A stretch of 64,000 bases of DNA, taken from NCBI RefSeq assembly GCF_054482595.1, contig NZ_CM137008.1. One strand, given 5' to 3'. Both the position numbers and the translations under genes were made by a program. The notes beneath the pieces are model-generated. The model did no database searches and was not told the DNA's origin. It saw only the letters and a list, made by a program, of their open reading frames with translations. Shown here in pieces: positions 1-11,906 of this stretch. Position 1 is the stretch's first letter; each line of letters begins with the position of its first letter.

Positions 1-9
1 CAGTTCTCA

Positions 10-210
10 ATGGCGAATAGAATTGGCGCAAGAAATCTTTTTATGTCCAGCTCAGAGTCTAACCCCCTTGATATGACCTATGCCGGAATCAGTAATACAA
101 GTGCTCCAGGATTTACCATTGGACAACTTAGTATTATGCCAATGTTAGGTATGACCCTTCCTGGGGAAAATGGCTGGCCATACGGCGATCAAATACTCCA
201 TAATGATTAG
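10..210 (+). CDS. Possible 3' portion of an unknown b-region CDS that may start before the window
   Basis: ORF of 66 aa beginning 9 nt from window edge; no recognisable motif. Confidence 0.2.
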   Translation: MANRIGARNLFMSSSESNPLDMTYAGISNTSAPGFTIGQLSIMPMLGMTLPGENGWPYGDQILHND

Positions 211-372
211 AAGGTTAAGTATTTTATATTGGATATATGGCTATTGTGCTGCCATGATTCTAACAAATTATGCTTAAGAGGTGGTGCAACTCCTCTCATA
301 CAAAAAATACGTAAAATCAGTAACGGCTGGAAATAATTCAATACATACACTCTCGAAAGTGCATCAGCCAAC

Positions 373-403
373 CGCAGCACGTCTTGCATACGGCGTGTCT
401 GCG
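373..403. terminator. Imperfect inverted repeat (hairpin) upstream of the 419-aa orphan gene
   Basis: ccgcagcacg ... cgtgtctgcgg read in sequence; related to the hairpin at 1957..1990. Confidence 0.4.
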
Positions 404-617
404 GCTCTACCATATCTCCTATGAGCAACGTGTTAGCAGAGCCAAGCCACAACTCTAATTTTAATACATAATGAATGATAATAATATTAAAAATTTTCTG
501 TGTAACTAATTTACTATATGGTTTCTGATAAGAATCATTGCAAAGATTAAACAACTTGTATTACATTGACAGTTAAGCAGTTAATTTTATCACCTCTAAA
601 ATATATCAGCATCTAGC

Positions 618-1877
618 ATGCAACCTATCAAAATGGAGATTTTTATGACTAAAAAACCATGGGAAAGAAGACTTAAAGATTTATCGCACTTGCTCAAATG
701 CTGCATTGATACATATTTTGACCCTGAATTATTCCGCTTGAATTTGAATCAATTCCTCCAAACTGCAAGAACAGTAACATTTATTATTCAAAAAAACAAA
801 AACCAGATTATAGGATATGACATTTGGTATAACAATAATGTTATTGAAAAATGGAAAAATGATCCATTAATGGCTTGGGCTAAAAATTCTCGCAATACGA
901 TAGAAAAACAAGGCGATTTAGAAATGTATAGCGAGGCAAAGGCTACTCTTATTTCATCTTACATTGAAGAAAATGACATTGAGTTTATTACAAATGAAAG
1001 TATGTTAAACATTGGTATAAAAAAGTTAGTCAGACTTGCACAAAAGAAATTACCTTCATATTTAACTGAATCATCTATTATTAAATCAGAAAGACGATGG
1101 GTCGCTAATACGCTAAAAGATTACGAATTATTGCATGCCTTAGCTATAATCTATGGCAGAATGTATAACTGCTGTAACTCTCTTGGCATACAAATAAACA
1201 ATCCAATGGGTGACGATGTGATTTCGCCAACATCATTCGACTCTTTATTTGATGAAGCCAGGAGAATAACTTATTTAAAATTAAAAGATTACTCCATAAG
1301 CAAATTGTCATTTAGCATGATACAATATGATAATAAAATAATTCCTGAAGATATTAAAGAGCGTCTAAAACTGGTAGATAAGCCTAAAAATATCACTTCG
1401 ACAGAAGAGTTAGTTGACTATACAGCCAAGCTTGCAGAAACGACTTTTTTAAAGGACGGTTATCACATTCAAACATTAATTTTTTATGATAAACAATTCC
1501 ATCCAATTGATTTAATCAATACAACATTTGAAGATCAAGCAGATAAATATATTTTTTGGCGTTATGCAGCTGACAGAGCCAAAATAATAAATGCCTATGG
1601 CTTCATTTGGATATCAGAGCTATGGCTCAGAAAAGCAAGCATCAACTCCAATAAACCAATACATACAATGCCAATTATAGATGAAAGACTTCAGGTAATT
1701 GGAATTGATTCAAATAATAATCAAAAATGTATTTCATGGAAAATAGTTAGAGAAAACAAAGAAAAAAAACCGACTTTAGAAATATCAACAGCAGACTCAA
1801 AACATGACGGAAAACCATATTTCATGCGTTCAGTCTTAAAAGCAATTGGCGGTGATGTAAACACTATGAACAATTGA
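618..1877 (+). CDS. Hypothetical protein, 419 aa, AT-rich b-region cargo (moron); no recognisable domain
   Basis: Long uninterrupted ORF with ATG start; markedly AT-rich codon usage unlike neighbouring tail genes; convergent with tfa. Confidence 0.7.
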   Translation: MQPIKMEIFMTKKPWERRLKDLSHLLKCCIDTYFDPELFRLNLNQFLQTARTVTFIIQKNKNQIIGYDIWYNNNVIEKWKNDPLMAWAKNSRNTIEKQGDLEMYSEAKATLISSYIEENDIEFITNESMLNIGIKKLVRLAQKKLPSYLTESSIIKSERRWVANTLKDYELLHALAIIYGRMYNCCNSLGIQINNPMGDDVISPTSFDSLFDEARRITYLKLKDYSISKLSFSMIQYDNKIIPEDIKERLKLVDKPKNITSTEELVDYTAKLAETTFLKDGYHIQTLIFYDKQFHPIDLINTTFEDQADKYIFWRYAADRAKIINAYGFIWISELWLRKASINSNKPIHTMPIIDERLQVIGIDSNNNQKCISWKIVRENKEKKPTLEISTADSKHDGKPYFMRSVLKAIGGDVNTMNN

Positions 1878-1956
1878 GTCATAGAACTTCCATTATTCTC
1901 CTGAAGATAATAATCGCCAAATAAACCAATACTCAGCTTTACAATATACTAACTAA

Positions 1957-1990
1957 CCGCAGAACGTTATTTCATACAACGTTTCTGCGG
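1957..1990. terminator. Hairpin between convergent 419-aa gene and tfa (likely bidirectional terminator)
   Basis: ccgcagaacgtt ... aacgtttctgcgg inverted repeat in the 128-bp intergenic gap. Confidence 0.5.
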
Positions 1991-2005
1991 CATATCACAA
2001 AACTA

Positions 2006-2590
2006 TTATTCCATAACAGGGATTGCAGGCCACTCAATATCAGGTGCTACTGATGTATCAACTCGGTTCAGCAATACCCGATATGTCTTCCATGCCGCCA
2101 GTAACAATATCTCCTCCTCCGTCGCAATATCCAAATCTACCGCATCCTGAAGCGGCGCAATATGCTCACTGGCTACCCGCATGAGGCTGTTTTTTGTTTC
2201 TTCCGCCTCCCGTATACGAAACTGTTTTTCTGCTTCTGCATCTTTCACCCAGGTTGTGCCGTTCCACTTCTGATATTCCCCATCCGGCGACAACCAGGTG
2301 ACATTTTCCGGTAATGAGCCGAGTTCAGAAATAAATAACGCGTCCCCTGATGCCACGTCATAAACTGTTTTACCCCGATGGTCTTCAACAAGATGCCACG
2401 ATGCCTCATCACTGTTGAAAACAGCCACGAAGCCAGCCGGAATATCTGGCGGTGCAATATCGGTACTGTTTGCTGGCAGACCTGTATGAGGCGGAATGTA
2501 TGCGTCACCTTCACCAATAAATTCATTAGTTCCGGCCAGCAGATTATAAATTGTTATGGTCCGTGGTTGTTCACTCATTCTGAATGCCAT
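2006..2590 (-). CDS. tfa: Tail fibre assembly protein Tfa (194 aa)
   Basis: 194-aa ORF directly downstream of stf with 1-nt overlap; length and sequence match remembered lambda orf-194. Confidence 0.85.
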   Translation of the reverse strand: MAFRMSEQPRTITIYNLLAGTNEFIGEGDAYIPPHTGLPANSTDIAPPDIPAGFVAVFNSDEASWHLVEDHRGKTVYDVASGDALFISELGSLPENVTWLSPDGEYQKWNGTTWVKDAEAEKQFRIREAEETKNSLMRVASEHIAPLQDAVDLDIATEEEILLLAAWKTYRVLLNRVDTSVAPDIEWPAIPVME

Positions 2591-5500
2591 TATGCAAGCC
2601 TCACAATATAGTTAAATGCGATGTTTTTGACGGTGTTTTCCGCGTTACCAGCAGCGTTAACGGTGATGGTGTGTCCGTGTGAGCCAATCGCAACGGAGTG
2701 CGTATGAGCACCAATACCGACAGTATGCGCGTGTGCACCTGCACTTGCAGCAGTACCTGACACCGGGTGGGTATGCGCTCCGGCTGACGATGTGCCAGTA
2801 CTCGAGCCTGCACGAGACGCACCTTTGAGGGCTTTATCGCCCTGCTCGGTATTGCCAGATGGGTAACAGGCAACCGTGTGTGTATGTGCCCCTGCAGAAG
2901 CAGCCGTACCACTGACACTATGGGTGTGCGCTCCGGTGTTATTCGTGGATTTAGTGCCGTAATCAAACGACGATGTGGTTTTCGTCCCCAAATCCGTACT
3001 GGATGCACTGGCACTGTGGGTATGCGATTTAATGCCGTCCTGTTCCTGAGATAATACGGCACGACCACTGGCGGGCTTGCCCTTAATCGTCCAGCCACGC
3101 ATATCAGGGATCACGCCTGACGGATAAGCGGCTGCAAGTTTCGGGTAGGCAGATTTGTCAAAAGTCTGCCCCTGCATCAGGGCATAGCCAGACGGAACGG
3201 TATCTGATGGCCACGGGATTGGTGCACCGACTGGATAAAACTCTGCAGGAGGATGAGCCGAGGTGTAAAGCTGCGCCCACGGCGACCAGTTTGCGTCGGT
3301 CGTATCCCGTCGTGAACGAATAAATGCCGGAGCATGAGCACCGCTTGTACCACCCCAGCCGATGAGTAACTCACCTTCGCCAACGGCTGTCATCCCTTTC
3401 AGGTGAATGATATTTCCATACGCTGTTGGATATCCGTTGTTATACACCTCGTATAACTCAAGACCTGTTGCCCCCTGCGTATTGTCTGTCAGCGCGGTTA
3501 CCCGACCTTTTGAAGCCAGATTAACTGATGATACTGCTGTTCCACCTGACGGTAACGCCCCGATCTCTGATGCCGTTGGCTTATTTCTGGAGTTATAGTC
3601 CCTTCGCCAGCCAGGTGAATAATATGTTCCGTGATTAATATAGGTAAACTGGGCGTTAGTTGTTCCACCACCAGTGGAGGTGGTCGGTGTGGTAATGCGG
3701 ATCGTCATCGCTGACTTTATCCCCATTACTTCAATGACAGCTCCGGCGAGATGAATATTACCGCAGTCAGTATCAGTAATGATTTTATTATTGCCATAAG
3801 ACCAGGAACCCTTGCACATCCAGTATGGATGGTTAAATGCTCCCTGAGAATCCAGCCACTCGATAAACTGTGCAGTCGTCCAGTTTCCTGTTGTTGTGCT
3901 TACTGACCCACCGAAGGCACGGCAGGCACCAATATTTTTCGTAAAGGTATCTTTGCCAGGGATATCCGCACCGTTCTGATCTTTCTGCAGACGTTTCTCA
4001 GCATTGTCATTGGCTGCTTTTACTGCCTTTGGCGTTGCCGCCAGCGTTTCAGACGTGCTGTTGGTCGCGCTGCTTAACTGGATTATCCCTTTCTGTGCTG
4101 TCGTTGCATCCTGTGCGGTGTATTTCCCGTTAGCCAGGTCATACGCGGCCTTAACGGCTTTTGGCGTTGCCGCCTGTGACTCGGAAGTGCTGTTGGTCGC
4201 ACTGCTGAGCTGTACTATCCCCTTTTTCGTCGTGCTCGCATCCTCAAGCGCCACGGCGGATGCAATATCCTCTGCACGTTTTGCCGCTGTCTCAGCGCGC
4301 GTTGCTGCAGATTCCGCCGTACTTTTGCTCTGAGCTGCTGCCGTCGCACTACCAGCTGCCTCTGTCGCCTTCGTGGATGCCGTCGTGGCGCTACCCTTCG
4401 CTGCTGACGCCTGTCTGGTCGCCTCATCTTTTGAAGCAGACGCCGATGATGCCGATGACGCTGCCGAACTGGCTGACGATGCGGCAGCCGTTTTTGAGGA
4501 TTCTGCACGGGTTTCCGACGCTTTCGCGTTCGTTTCGGATGTCTTCGCTGCGGAAGCTGACCTCGCTGCTGCGCTGGCCTGTACAGCGGCTTCGCCAGCA
4601 TTCGTTGTGGCTGTTGAAGCAGACGATGCAGCACTTTCTGCCGACTTTCCGGCAGCGGTGGCACTGGCTGAGGCCTGCCCGGCACTTGTTGACGCGGCAC
4701 TGGCAGATGATGCAGCCGCTGTTTTTGAGCCTGCCGCAGCTGAGGCACTCTGTCCCGCTGCCGTTTCAGAAGACCTGGCGTTCGTCTCGGACGTCTTTGC
4801 CGCCTTCGCGGAATTTCCTGCCGCCGTTGCCGAGGAAGCGGCACTACTGGCGCTTGATGATGCGTTCGTTTCTGATGATTTCGCTGCCTCTTTTGAGGCC
4901 GCCGCATCCCGGGCTGAGGTGGCAGCTTCTGACGCCTTTGTGGTCGCGGCGGATGCAGAAGTGGCTGCAGATTTTTGTGACGCTGCCGCATTCGTTTCTG
5001 ACGTTTTCGCCGCACCGGCACTGGTAGCTGCCGCGCTTTTTGAGGACTCTGCAGCAGCAGCACTTTTCGATGCTTCACTGGCCTTTGTTGATGCCGTTCC
5101 TGCGCTGGAAGTCGCTGACTGAGCCGACGAAGCGGCCTGTCCGGCTGACGTGCTGGCTGCACGTGCTGAATCTGCAGCATCAGTCGCATGGGTTGCCGCC
5201 TCACGGGCAGATGTGCTGGCATCACTGGCTGACTTCTTCGCGGCTGCCGTGTTCTGTGCCACCACGGACGCGTTACGCGCCACCTCTTCCACCATCAGTT
5301 CAAAACGTCGCAATGCCTCCGGACGGGCATCATCCTCCGTCATCGCACCGAGAAAATCATTCAGCGTACCGGGTTGGGAATCTTCATACACGGTGATGGT
5401 CCCGGCATGTGACGGCGGGAATCCTTCCACCAACAGAATAACGCTGTACTGACCGTACTCAACGTCCATGCTGTAACGCCCGGCTTCATCCGGATTTTCT

Positions 5501-5625
5501 GAGGCCAGCGTGTTCACCACCACCGTGGTGCTGTTACGTTTTGCTTTCAGCTGGATTGTGCAGTTCTGAACCGGTTTTCCTGTGCCGTCTTTCAGTACAC
5601 CTGAAATCTTTACTGCCATATTCAC
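2590..5625 (-). CDS. stf: Side tail fibre protein Stf (1011 aa) with long Ala/Ser/Thr-rich repeat region and C-terminal His-x-His repeats
   Basis: Position after lom; low-complexity A/S/T repeat block and repeated GAHTHxV motifs near C-terminus typical of lambda/T4 gp37-type fibres. Confidence 0.85.
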   Translation of the reverse strand: MNMAVKISGVLKDGTGKPVQNCTIQLKAKRNSTTVVVNTLASENPDEAGRYSMDVEYGQYSVILLVEGFPPSHAGTITVYEDSQPGTLNDFLGAMTEDDARPEALRRFELMVEEVARNASVVAQNTAAAKKSASDASTSAREAATHATDAADSARAASTSAGQAASSAQSATSSAGTASTKASEASKSAAAAESSKSAAATSAGAAKTSETNAAASQKSAATSASAATTKASEAATSARDAAASKEAAKSSETNASSSASSAASSATAAGNSAKAAKTSETNARSSETAAGQSASAAAGSKTAAASSASAASTSAGQASASATAAGKSAESAASSASTATTNAGEAAVQASAAARSASAAKTSETNAKASETRAESSKTAAASSASSAASSASSASASKDEATRQASAAKGSATTASTKATEAAGSATAAAQSKSTAESAATRAETAAKRAEDIASAVALEDASTTKKGIVQLSSATNSTSESQAATPKAVKAAYDLANGKYTAQDATTAQKGIIQLSSATNSTSETLAATPKAVKAANDNAEKRLQKDQNGADIPGKDTFTKNIGACRAFGGSVSTTTGNWTTAQFIEWLDSQGAFNHPYWMCKGSWSYGNNKIITDTDCGNIHLAGAVIEVMGIKSAMTIRITTPTTSTGGGTTNAQFTYINHGTYYSPGWRRDYNSRNKPTASEIGALPSGGTAVSSVNLASKGRVTALTDNTQGATGLELYEVYNNGYPTAYGNIIHLKGMTAVGEGELLIGWGGTSGAHAPAFIRSRRDTTDANWSPWAQLYTSAHPPAEFYPVGAPIPWPSDTVPSGYALMQGQTFDKSAYPKLAAAYPSGVIPDMRGWTIKGKPASGRAVLSQEQDGIKSHTHSASASSTDLGTKTTSSFDYGTKSTNNTGAHTHSVSGTAASAGAHTHTVACYPSGNTEQGDKALKGASRAGSSTGTSSAGAHTHPVSGTAASAGAHAHTVGIGAHTHSVAIGSHGHTITVNAAGNAENTVKNIAFNYIVRLA

Positions 5626-5683
5626 CCCACAAAAAAGCCCGCCTGAACCGGCGGGCTGTCATAACACTGTGTTACCTGGCTAA

Positions 5684-6283
5684 TCAGAATTTATAACCGA
5701 CACCCACGATGAAACCGTCAGTGCGCCAGTCGCCACTGCCGGAACCTTCATAAGCGACATCAATGGCCACCGATTCGGTCGGGTTAAACTGCACGCCAGC
5801 TCCCCACGCCAGAGACGTGTTGCTGTGGCGACCGTCATCACTTCCGGTCAGCACATCGTGCGTTTTCCCCTTGCTGTCGGTCACCTGCAGATAATCCCCG
5901 GAGAAGGTCGAAACACGGCTGTAAGCCACCCCCGCCATCGCATACGCGCTGAACCATTCATTCACGCGCACAGACGGCCCCGCCATCACGCTGAACCAGC
6001 GGTTACGCACGGAATCTTCATGCCAGCGGGTATCGCTGTAATGCGTTTTTTGTTCATCTTCTGCGTCGGCATAACTGAAAGACGTAATCAGCCCCAGCGT
6101 GTCCGTAAATTCATAACGGTATTTCACGTTAATCCCGTTCAGATTATCGCTGCCGGGTGCGTTCGTACGGGCATGAAGATACCCTGCGCTCAGTGTGGAC
6201 TGATGTTCAGACGCCCATGCAGGCGCACCGGATACGGCCAGACAGATGGCTGCGGAAAAAATGGCTGCACAAACTTTACGCAT
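5684..6283 (-). CDS. lom: Outer membrane protein Lom (Ail/Lom family)
   Basis: 199-aa ORF with signal peptide, beta-barrel-like sequence, position between J and stf as in lambda. Confidence 0.85.
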   Translation of the reverse strand: MRKVCAAIFSAAICLAVSGAPAWASEHQSTLSAGYLHARTNAPGSDNLNGINVKYRYEFTDTLGLITSFSYADAEDEQKTHYSDTRWHEDSVRNRWFSVMAGPSVRVNEWFSAYAMAGVAYSRVSTFSGDYLQVTDSKGKTHDVLTGSDDGRHSNTSLAWGAGVQFNPTESVAIDVAYEGSGSGDWRTDGFIVGVGYKF

Positions 6284-6352
6284 AATTACCTCTCGCTTTT
6301 CTGCAATAAAAAAGGCGCCATTTCTGGCGCCCGTATTGGGGTTATAAAAATT

Positions 6353-9300
6353 TCAACTGATACTGATACCGGATGCGGCTTTTTTCGTTACCGAGACCAT
6401 TAAATCACTGATCCATGTTCTGGGCTCTCCACTGCCGCTCGACTGAACTTCAAATGTTAATATTACATCTCCGTCCCCCACTGGCATATCAATGATATTG
6501 CTGTACACGACTGTTGTCCTTTTCGAACCACTAGTGGATTTGTCATAGATTACATTGCCATTTTTGCGCACAATTAATCTGCAGGTATCGTAGATATTAG
6601 CGCCATCATTTCTACTAAAATATGGTGGCGCACCGTACATGATTGGTTGAATTATAATCTGCCTGTCAAAGGCATGATCGTCCTTAATATGAACGGTAAG
6701 TGAACCCTGTGGGTATTCTCCGGGGTGCGGAAATCGATGCCCTGTCGTTTTTACAAAATCACCACGCACCTGGTTAGCATCAAGCATCCCCTTAATAGTA
6801 CAGCTCTCATTAATCGTGACGTTGTTGAGCGTCCCGGCGTTCGCATTCACACTGCCACTGATATCCGCATTTTTAGCAGTCAGCTTTCCGTCAGGTGTCA
6901 GGGAGAATGCCGGAGGATTGCCACCACTGGTAATCGTGGGAGCAATAAGGAACTTGATCAGCGCCTCATTAATAAACGTCTGTCCGCCCTGTGTGACCAG
7001 TGCAGGAGTGGTGTTACCATTCGCCGGGTTAATAAATGCCACCCGGTCTGCAGCCAGCAGCACCTGACTCTGCATGCCGTCGGGGGTGTTCTCAATACCG
7101 GCACCGATACCCGCAATATAAAGGCGTCCGTCCTGCATCTGCTGCAGCTTCACTGCCCACATGCTGTTCAGGTTATTATTTGTATCAACCTGAACCTTCT
7201 GTATCTGCTGGATCGCTGCACTCTGGTCTTCCAGTTTCTTATTGACGGTCTGTGTTATTTCATTGCTGACATCCGTTATGGACGTCCTGATTTCAGTCAG
7301 GTCAGGCGCAAGCTGACCGTTATCAATCTGCGTCCACAGCTCCTGAGCCAGATGGGTTTTCCCTATCTCTCCTTTGAAAAAATCCAGATAGCCGGACGCA
7401 TCATCACTCGGCTGACCAACAGCCTCCACAAATGCCGATTTGCCAACGGTGTTCACACTGCGGATATAAAAATAATAATCATGGCCCGGTTTGATATTGA
7501 TACTGGCAGCTATCCAGTACAGCGCCGTGCCAAGATAGCGGGCTGTGGTTTCAACCTGCCTGATATCCGCAATCCGCTTTTCCGAGAACCAGAATTCAAA
7601 CTGTACCGTCGGGTCATAAACGGCAAGATGCGGCGTGGCGGTTATCTGAAAATAGCCCGGCGTCAGCTCAATCCGCGACGGCGCTGCCGGTGCGGCAATC
7701 CGGAACGATACCGATGCCGGATCGCCCTGCTGCCCCCAGGCATTTGCCGCCCGGACTGTCAGCCTGTAATTTCCCAGCGCCAGTTGCCTGAAGCGGTATG
7801 TGGTTTCCGTCGTCCGGGCCGTGCTGACCAGCCGTTCACTGCCATCATCCGCAGCCACGGTCAGGCGAAGCAGGAAGTTCACGCCCTTCACCACCTTCGG
7901 CGTGTCCCAGCGCGCCAGCACCTGATATTCCCCGCTGTCTGCGGTGACTTCGGCGGTCAGGTGCTGCACCGCTGGCGGCGTGACACCATTCACCGTGCCG
8001 CTCTGGTCACCGTCAAAGTGCGCCCCGTTATCCACGATGGCCTCTTTTGCCGGTACATGCTGCACGGCGGTGATGGCATACGTGCCGTCGTCGTTCTCAC
8101 GGATACTCACACAGCGGAACAGGCGCTGGCGCAGCGTCGGCAGCTTCAGCCCCCACACGCTGTACTCGGCAACGCCGTCAGGAACCCGGCTCACTTTCAC
8201 CTTCACGCCGTCGGTGACGGACTGGACCTCCACGCTGACCGGATTCCCCTGTCCGTCAACCAGGCTTATCAGCGTGGTGCCGGAAGATGGCAGCGTGATT
8301 TCACGGTCGAGCGTCAGTGTCCGGGTCTGGCTGTTCACCGCCAGCACACGCCCGCCGATGCTGATCCCCGCATAGTCATCATCGCAGATTTCAATGACAT
8401 CGCCCGGTACATGGCGAAGCCCTTCTGCGCCCACGCTGAAATCCACGGTCTGCGTTTCCAGCAGCTCCGTTTTAATCAGCCACAGCCCGGCTCGGTGTGC
8501 CTGCCCCCGGCTGGTACAGCCAAAGGCGTCCATCTTCGTGACATTACGACCGTAACGGAGAATGGCCTGCGTATCTTCAACAAGCTCTGTCGCCGTCTCC
8601 CAGCCGTTATTCGGGTCAATCCAGTTCACCTCAACGGCATTATGGCGGTCCTTCAGGGCGCTGAAGCTGTAGCGGAACGGCGCGCCATCATCCGGCATCA
8701 CCACATTACTGCGGTTATAGGTCCACACCTTATCCGACGGTCGGTCCTGCACGAACGTCAGCGTCTGCCCGTTCCATACCGGCATACAGCGCATCGCCGA
8801 GCAGAAATCACTGAGAACATCCCACGCCTTACGCTGTGTGGTCAGGTAGGCATTACAGGTGATGCGCGGCTCCGTGCCACCAAAGCCATCCGGCACCGAC
8901 TGGTCGCAATTCTGGCCGATGACATACAGCGCCCATTTGTCCACATCCGCCGCACCGAGACGCTTCCCCATGCCGTAGCGCGGATGGGTCAGCATATCCC
9001 ACAGACACCAGGCCATGTTATTGCTGTATGCTGGCTTAAACGTTCCGTCCCAGATACCGCTGTATTGTCGCGTCTGCGGGTTATAGTTCGACGGCACCTG
9101 CAGAATGCGCCCGCGAAGATGATAATTACGACTCACCTGCTGGCTGCCGAACTGCTCCGAGTCCACCTGTACGCCAACCAGTGCCGTGTTCGGGTAGCAC
9201 TGTTTCACATCGATGATTTCGGTGTATGACGACCAGAGCGTTTTGTTCTGCAACTGGTCTGTGGTGCTGTCCGGTGTCATCCTGCGCATCCGGATATTGA

Positions 9301-9829
9301 ACGGGCGCGGCGGCAGGTTATCCACCACTACCGATGCCAGATACTGCGAGGTGGTTTTGCCCTTAATGGTGATGTCTTTTTCCGTCACCCAGCCACCGTT
9401 ACGTTGTATCTGAACCAGCAGGCGGACTTCCGATGGATTCCGGTCCCCTTTTGAGGTGGTTTCCACCAGAGCCTGCACACCGAAGGTAAAACGCAGACGG
9501 TCGATGTTTGCCGACGTGATGGTCCGGATGATCGGCGTGTCGTATTTCACTTCCGTACCCAGCACCGTCTCGGAGCCGGAGGATTCAAACCCCTCAGGCG
9601 GTGTCTGCTCCTGCTCACCTGCCCGGAACACCACCGTGACGCCGGAGATGTTGGTATTCCCCTCACTGTCCAGCACTGGCGTACTGTTCAGCAGCACGCT
9701 TTTTAATCCATCCACCGGACCTTCAATCGGCCCTTCGCTGATGGCATCGATCACACTCAGCAACTGCGTGGACTTCAGGTTGTCCTTCGCTTCGCGCGGG
9801 GTATGCCCCTTACTGCTGCCTTTACCCAT
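6353..9829 (-). CDS. J: Tail tip host-specificity protein J
   Basis: 1158-aa ORF; N-terminus [26 protein letters not shown] matches remembered lambda J. Confidence 0.95.
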   Translation of the reverse strand: MGKGSSKGHTPREAKDNLKSTQLLSVIDAISEGPIEGPVDGLKSVLLNSTPVLDSEGNTNISGVTVVFRAGEQEQTPPEGFESSGSETVLGTEVKYDTPIIRTITSANIDRLRFTFGVQALVETTSKGDRNPSEVRLLVQIQRNGGWVTEKDITIKGKTTSQYLASVVVDNLPPRPFNIRMRRMTPDSTTDQLQNKTLWSSYTEIIDVKQCYPNTALVGVQVDSEQFGSQQVSRNYHLRGRILQVPSNYNPQTRQYSGIWDGTFKPAYSNNMAWCLWDMLTHPRYGMGKRLGAADVDKWALYVIGQNCDQSVPDGFGGTEPRITCNAYLTTQRKAWDVLSDFCSAMRCMPVWNGQTLTFVQDRPSDKVWTYNRSNVVMPDDGAPFRYSFSALKDRHNAVEVNWIDPNNGWETATELVEDTQAILRYGRNVTKMDAFGCTSRGQAHRAGLWLIKTELLETQTVDFSVGAEGLRHVPGDVIEICDDDYAGISIGGRVLAVNSQTRTLTLDREITLPSSGTTLISLVDGQGNPVSVEVQSVTDGVKVKVSRVPDGVAEYSVWGLKLPTLRQRLFRCVSIRENDDGTYAITAVQHVPAKEAIVDNGAHFDGDQSGTVNGVTPPAVQHLTAEVTADSGEYQVLARWDTPKVVKGVNFLLRLTVAADDGSERLVSTARTTETTYRFRQLALGNYRLTVRAANAWGQQGDPASVSFRIAAPAAPSRIELTPGYFQITATPHLAVYDPTVQFEFWFSEKRIADIRQVETTARYLGTALYWIAASINIKPGHDYYFYIRSVNTVGKSAFVEAVGQPSDDASGYLDFFKGEIGKTHLAQELWTQIDNGQLAPDLTEIRTSITDVSNEITQTVNKKLEDQSAAIQQIQKVQVDTNNNLNSMWAVKLQQMQDGRLYIAGIGAGIENTPDGMQSQVLLAADRVAFINPANGNTTPALVTQGGQTFINEALIKFLIAPTITSGGNPPAFSLTPDGKLTAKNADISGSVNANAGTLNNVTINESCTIKGMLDANQVRGDFVKTTGHRFPHPGEYPQGSLTVHIKDDHAFDRQIIIQPIMYGAPPYFSRNDGANIYDTCRLIVRKNGNVIYDKSTSGSKRTTVVYSNIIDMPVGDGDVILTFEVQSSGSGEPRTWISDLMVSVTKKAASGISIS

Positions 9830-9889
9830 TCGTCATGCTCCATATACGACAAAACCGCCCGCAGGCGGTTTCACATAAAACGTTTTGCA

Positions 9890-10561
9890 TCAGCGACCAA
9901 TCACCACAACCTGACCACCATCCCCTTCGTCTGCCGTGCTGATCTCCTGAGAAACCACGCGTGACCCCACGCGCATTTCACCGTACAGAACCGGCAGAAC
10001 ATTGCCCTGGGCAACCATGTTATCCAGTGAGGAGAAATAGGTGTTCTGTTTGCCGTTATCCGTTGTCTGTGTACGGGGAGTTCTGGCTTTCGGTGCCAGC
10101 ATCTGCGCCACACCACCGAGCACCATACTGGCACCGAGAGAAAACAGGATGCCGGTCATACCACCGGCCCCAATGGCTGCCCCCCATGCTGCAAGGGTGG
10201 CTCCGGCGGTAAAGAATGATCCGGCAATGGCGGCAGCCCCCAGGACAATCTGGAATACGCCACCTGACTTGGCCCCGGCGACTCTGGGAACAATATGAAT
10301 CACAGCGCCATCAGGCAGAGTCTCATGTAACTGCGCCGTTAACCCGGACGTGCTGACGTCCCGCCCGGCAATCCGTACCTGATACCAGCCGTCGCTCAGT
10401 TTCTGACGAAACACCGGGAGCTGTGTGGCCAGTGCGCGGATGGCTTCAGCCCCCGTTTTCACACGAAGGTCGATGCGGCGGCCAAATCGTTGCAAATCCC
10501 CGTAAAGGCAGATGCGCGCCATGCCCGGTGACGCCAGAGGGAGTGTGTGCGTCGCTGCCAT
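9890..10561 (-). CDS. I: Tail assembly protein I
   Basis: 223-aa ORF overlapping K by about 100 nt as in lambda. Confidence 0.9.
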   Translation of the reverse strand: MAATHTLPLASPGMARICLYGDLQRFGRRIDLRVKTGAEAIRALATQLPVFRQKLSDGWYQVRIAGRDVSTSGLTAQLHETLPDGAVIHIVPRVAGAKSGGVFQIVLGAAAIAGSFFTAGATLAAWGAAIGAGGMTGILFSLGASMVLGGVAQMLAPKARTPRTQTTDNGKQNTYFSSLDNMVAQGNVLPVLYGEMRVGSRVVSQEISTADEGDGGQVVVIGR

Positions 10562-11202
10562 TTGTCGGTATACCTCTCTCGTTTGCTCAGTTGTTCAGGA
10601 ATATGGTGCAGCAGCTCGCCATCACCACAGTAAATGGCGGCATGATTCGGCACCGATGAACCAAAACAGCACAGCAGCACATCGCCCGGTTGTGCTGATG
10701 ACAACGGCACCTGATACAGCCCTGTGGCCTCCAGATTATCCAGATAGAGATTCTGACCGTGACGCCACCAGTCATCCTCGCGATGAAAATCCGGCATCTC
10801 AATCCCCGCCAGATGATAAGCATCCCGGAACAGCGTGTAACAGTCCGTCACCCCGTGCTCAAAGCGCCGCCCGGTGAGATGCGGCACACAGCGGAACTTA
10901 TGAATCGTCCCCCGGCAGACCAGCCACCACGGCAAATCACTCTGCACCTGCAGCCGCCTGTCGGCCTCACTCAGCCAGGGCAGACCGCCGGGGTGGCTGT
11001 GGACCAGCGCCACAATCTCACCCTGCATTTCTGCCTGCAGCCAGTCTTCCGGCGACATACGGAAATACGCCTCCGGCTCACCGGAGATATTCACGCAGGG
11101 GAAATATCTCTCCCCCTCCGGCGTGCTTACCACGAAGCCGCACGACTCCGCTGGCGCACATCGCCGGGCGTGCGCCAGAATCGCTGATTCTGTCTGTGTC
11201 AT
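10459..11202 (-). CDS. K: Tail assembly protein K (JAB/MPN plus NlpC/P60-like)
   Basis: 247-aa ORF between L and I; lambda-like order. Confidence 0.85.
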   Translation of the reverse strand: MTQTESAILAHARRCAPAESCGFVVSTPEGERYFPCVNISGEPEAYFRMSPEDWLQAEMQGEIVALVHSHPGGLPWLSEADRRLQVQSDLPWWLVCRGTIHKFRCVPHLTGRRFEHGVTDCYTLFRDAYHLAGIEMPDFHREDDWWRHGQNLYLDNLEATGLYQVPLSSAQPGDVLLCCFGSSVPNHAAIYCGDGELLHHIPEQLSKRERYTDKWQRRTHSLWRHRAWRASAFTGICNDLAAASTFV

Positions 11203-11207
11203 GGTAT

Positions 11208-11906
11208 TTACTGCGAAAGTTTGTTAATGGAAAGGAAGCCGCCAAAGTTGCCGACGTTATTGCGGAACTTACAACCGCTCAGGCATTTGCTGCATTTATC
11301 CTTCGTGATATCGGACGTTGGCTGGTCATATTCATCCGCGACCGCCGGACCTTGATAACCGCACTCATCGCCGCGATAGGTCCAGGTGCAGGTGTTGGCC
11401 AGCATGATACGTCCCGGAAAAACAGCGCCGTCCGTTTCCGTCGGCGTGGACAGTACAAAAGAGGCACTCACCGCGCTCAGTTCGCTGCACTGCTCAATGC
11501 GCCAGCGGCTGATCACCTCCTGCTCCGGATCGGCGTCACTGTTTCCGTTGACGAAGTTCACCGCATCCAGAAAACGGGCGTAAACCTTACGCCGGACCAC
11601 CGTTCCGCCGACCAGACTCTGCAGATCTTCCGCCATCCCGGTGACCATACCGTACAGGTTAGAAACCGTCAGCGTGGGGCGCGTACTGGTGCCTTTGCCA
11701 TTCAGTTCAAAACCACTCCCCTGAATGGGATACGGCTGATACTGTCGCCCCTGCCAGGTGACCGGCTCACCTTTTTCGTTCTGCTCATTACAGAAAAAAT
11801 AACGTTCTCCACCGACCTCTGTCAGATCGATTTCCCAGAGCACCACGCTGGCCGACTGCTCCGCACGGGTGCATTCATTCAGTGTTTCCTGCCGGATATC
11901 CTGCAT
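11208..11906 (-). CDS. L: Minor tail protein L
   Basis: 232-aa ORF; lambda order and length. Confidence 0.9.
   Translation of the reverse strand: MQDIRQETLNECTRAEQSASVVLWEIDLTEVGGERYFFCNEQNEKGEPVTWQGRQYQPYPIQGSGFELNGKGTSTRPTLTVSNLYGMVTGMAEDLQSLVGGTVVRRKVYARFLDAVNFVNGNSDADPEQEVISRWRIEQCSELSAVSASFVLSTPTETDGAVFPGRIMLANTCTWTYRGDECGYQGPAVADEYDQPTSDITKDKCSKCLSGCKFRNNVGNFGGFLSINKLSQ

Noticed and set aside
207-554. 115-aa minus-strand ORF in the AT-rich region upstream of the 419-aa gene
   Set aside because: Spans the hairpin and the presumptive promoter region, very low complexity; probably not coding.
4004-5452. Several plus-strand ORFs (109-249 aa) and a minus-strand 336-aa Arg/Pro/Gln-rich ORF inside stf
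   Set aside because: Alternative-frame and antisense readings of the Ala/Ser-rich repeat block; no independent start context; fully nested in stf.
6725-9229. 834-aa plus-strand ORF antisense to J, plus smaller nested ORFs
   Set aside because: Antisense to a gene I identify as lambda J; long open frames arise by chance in this GC-rich segment; no plausible start context.
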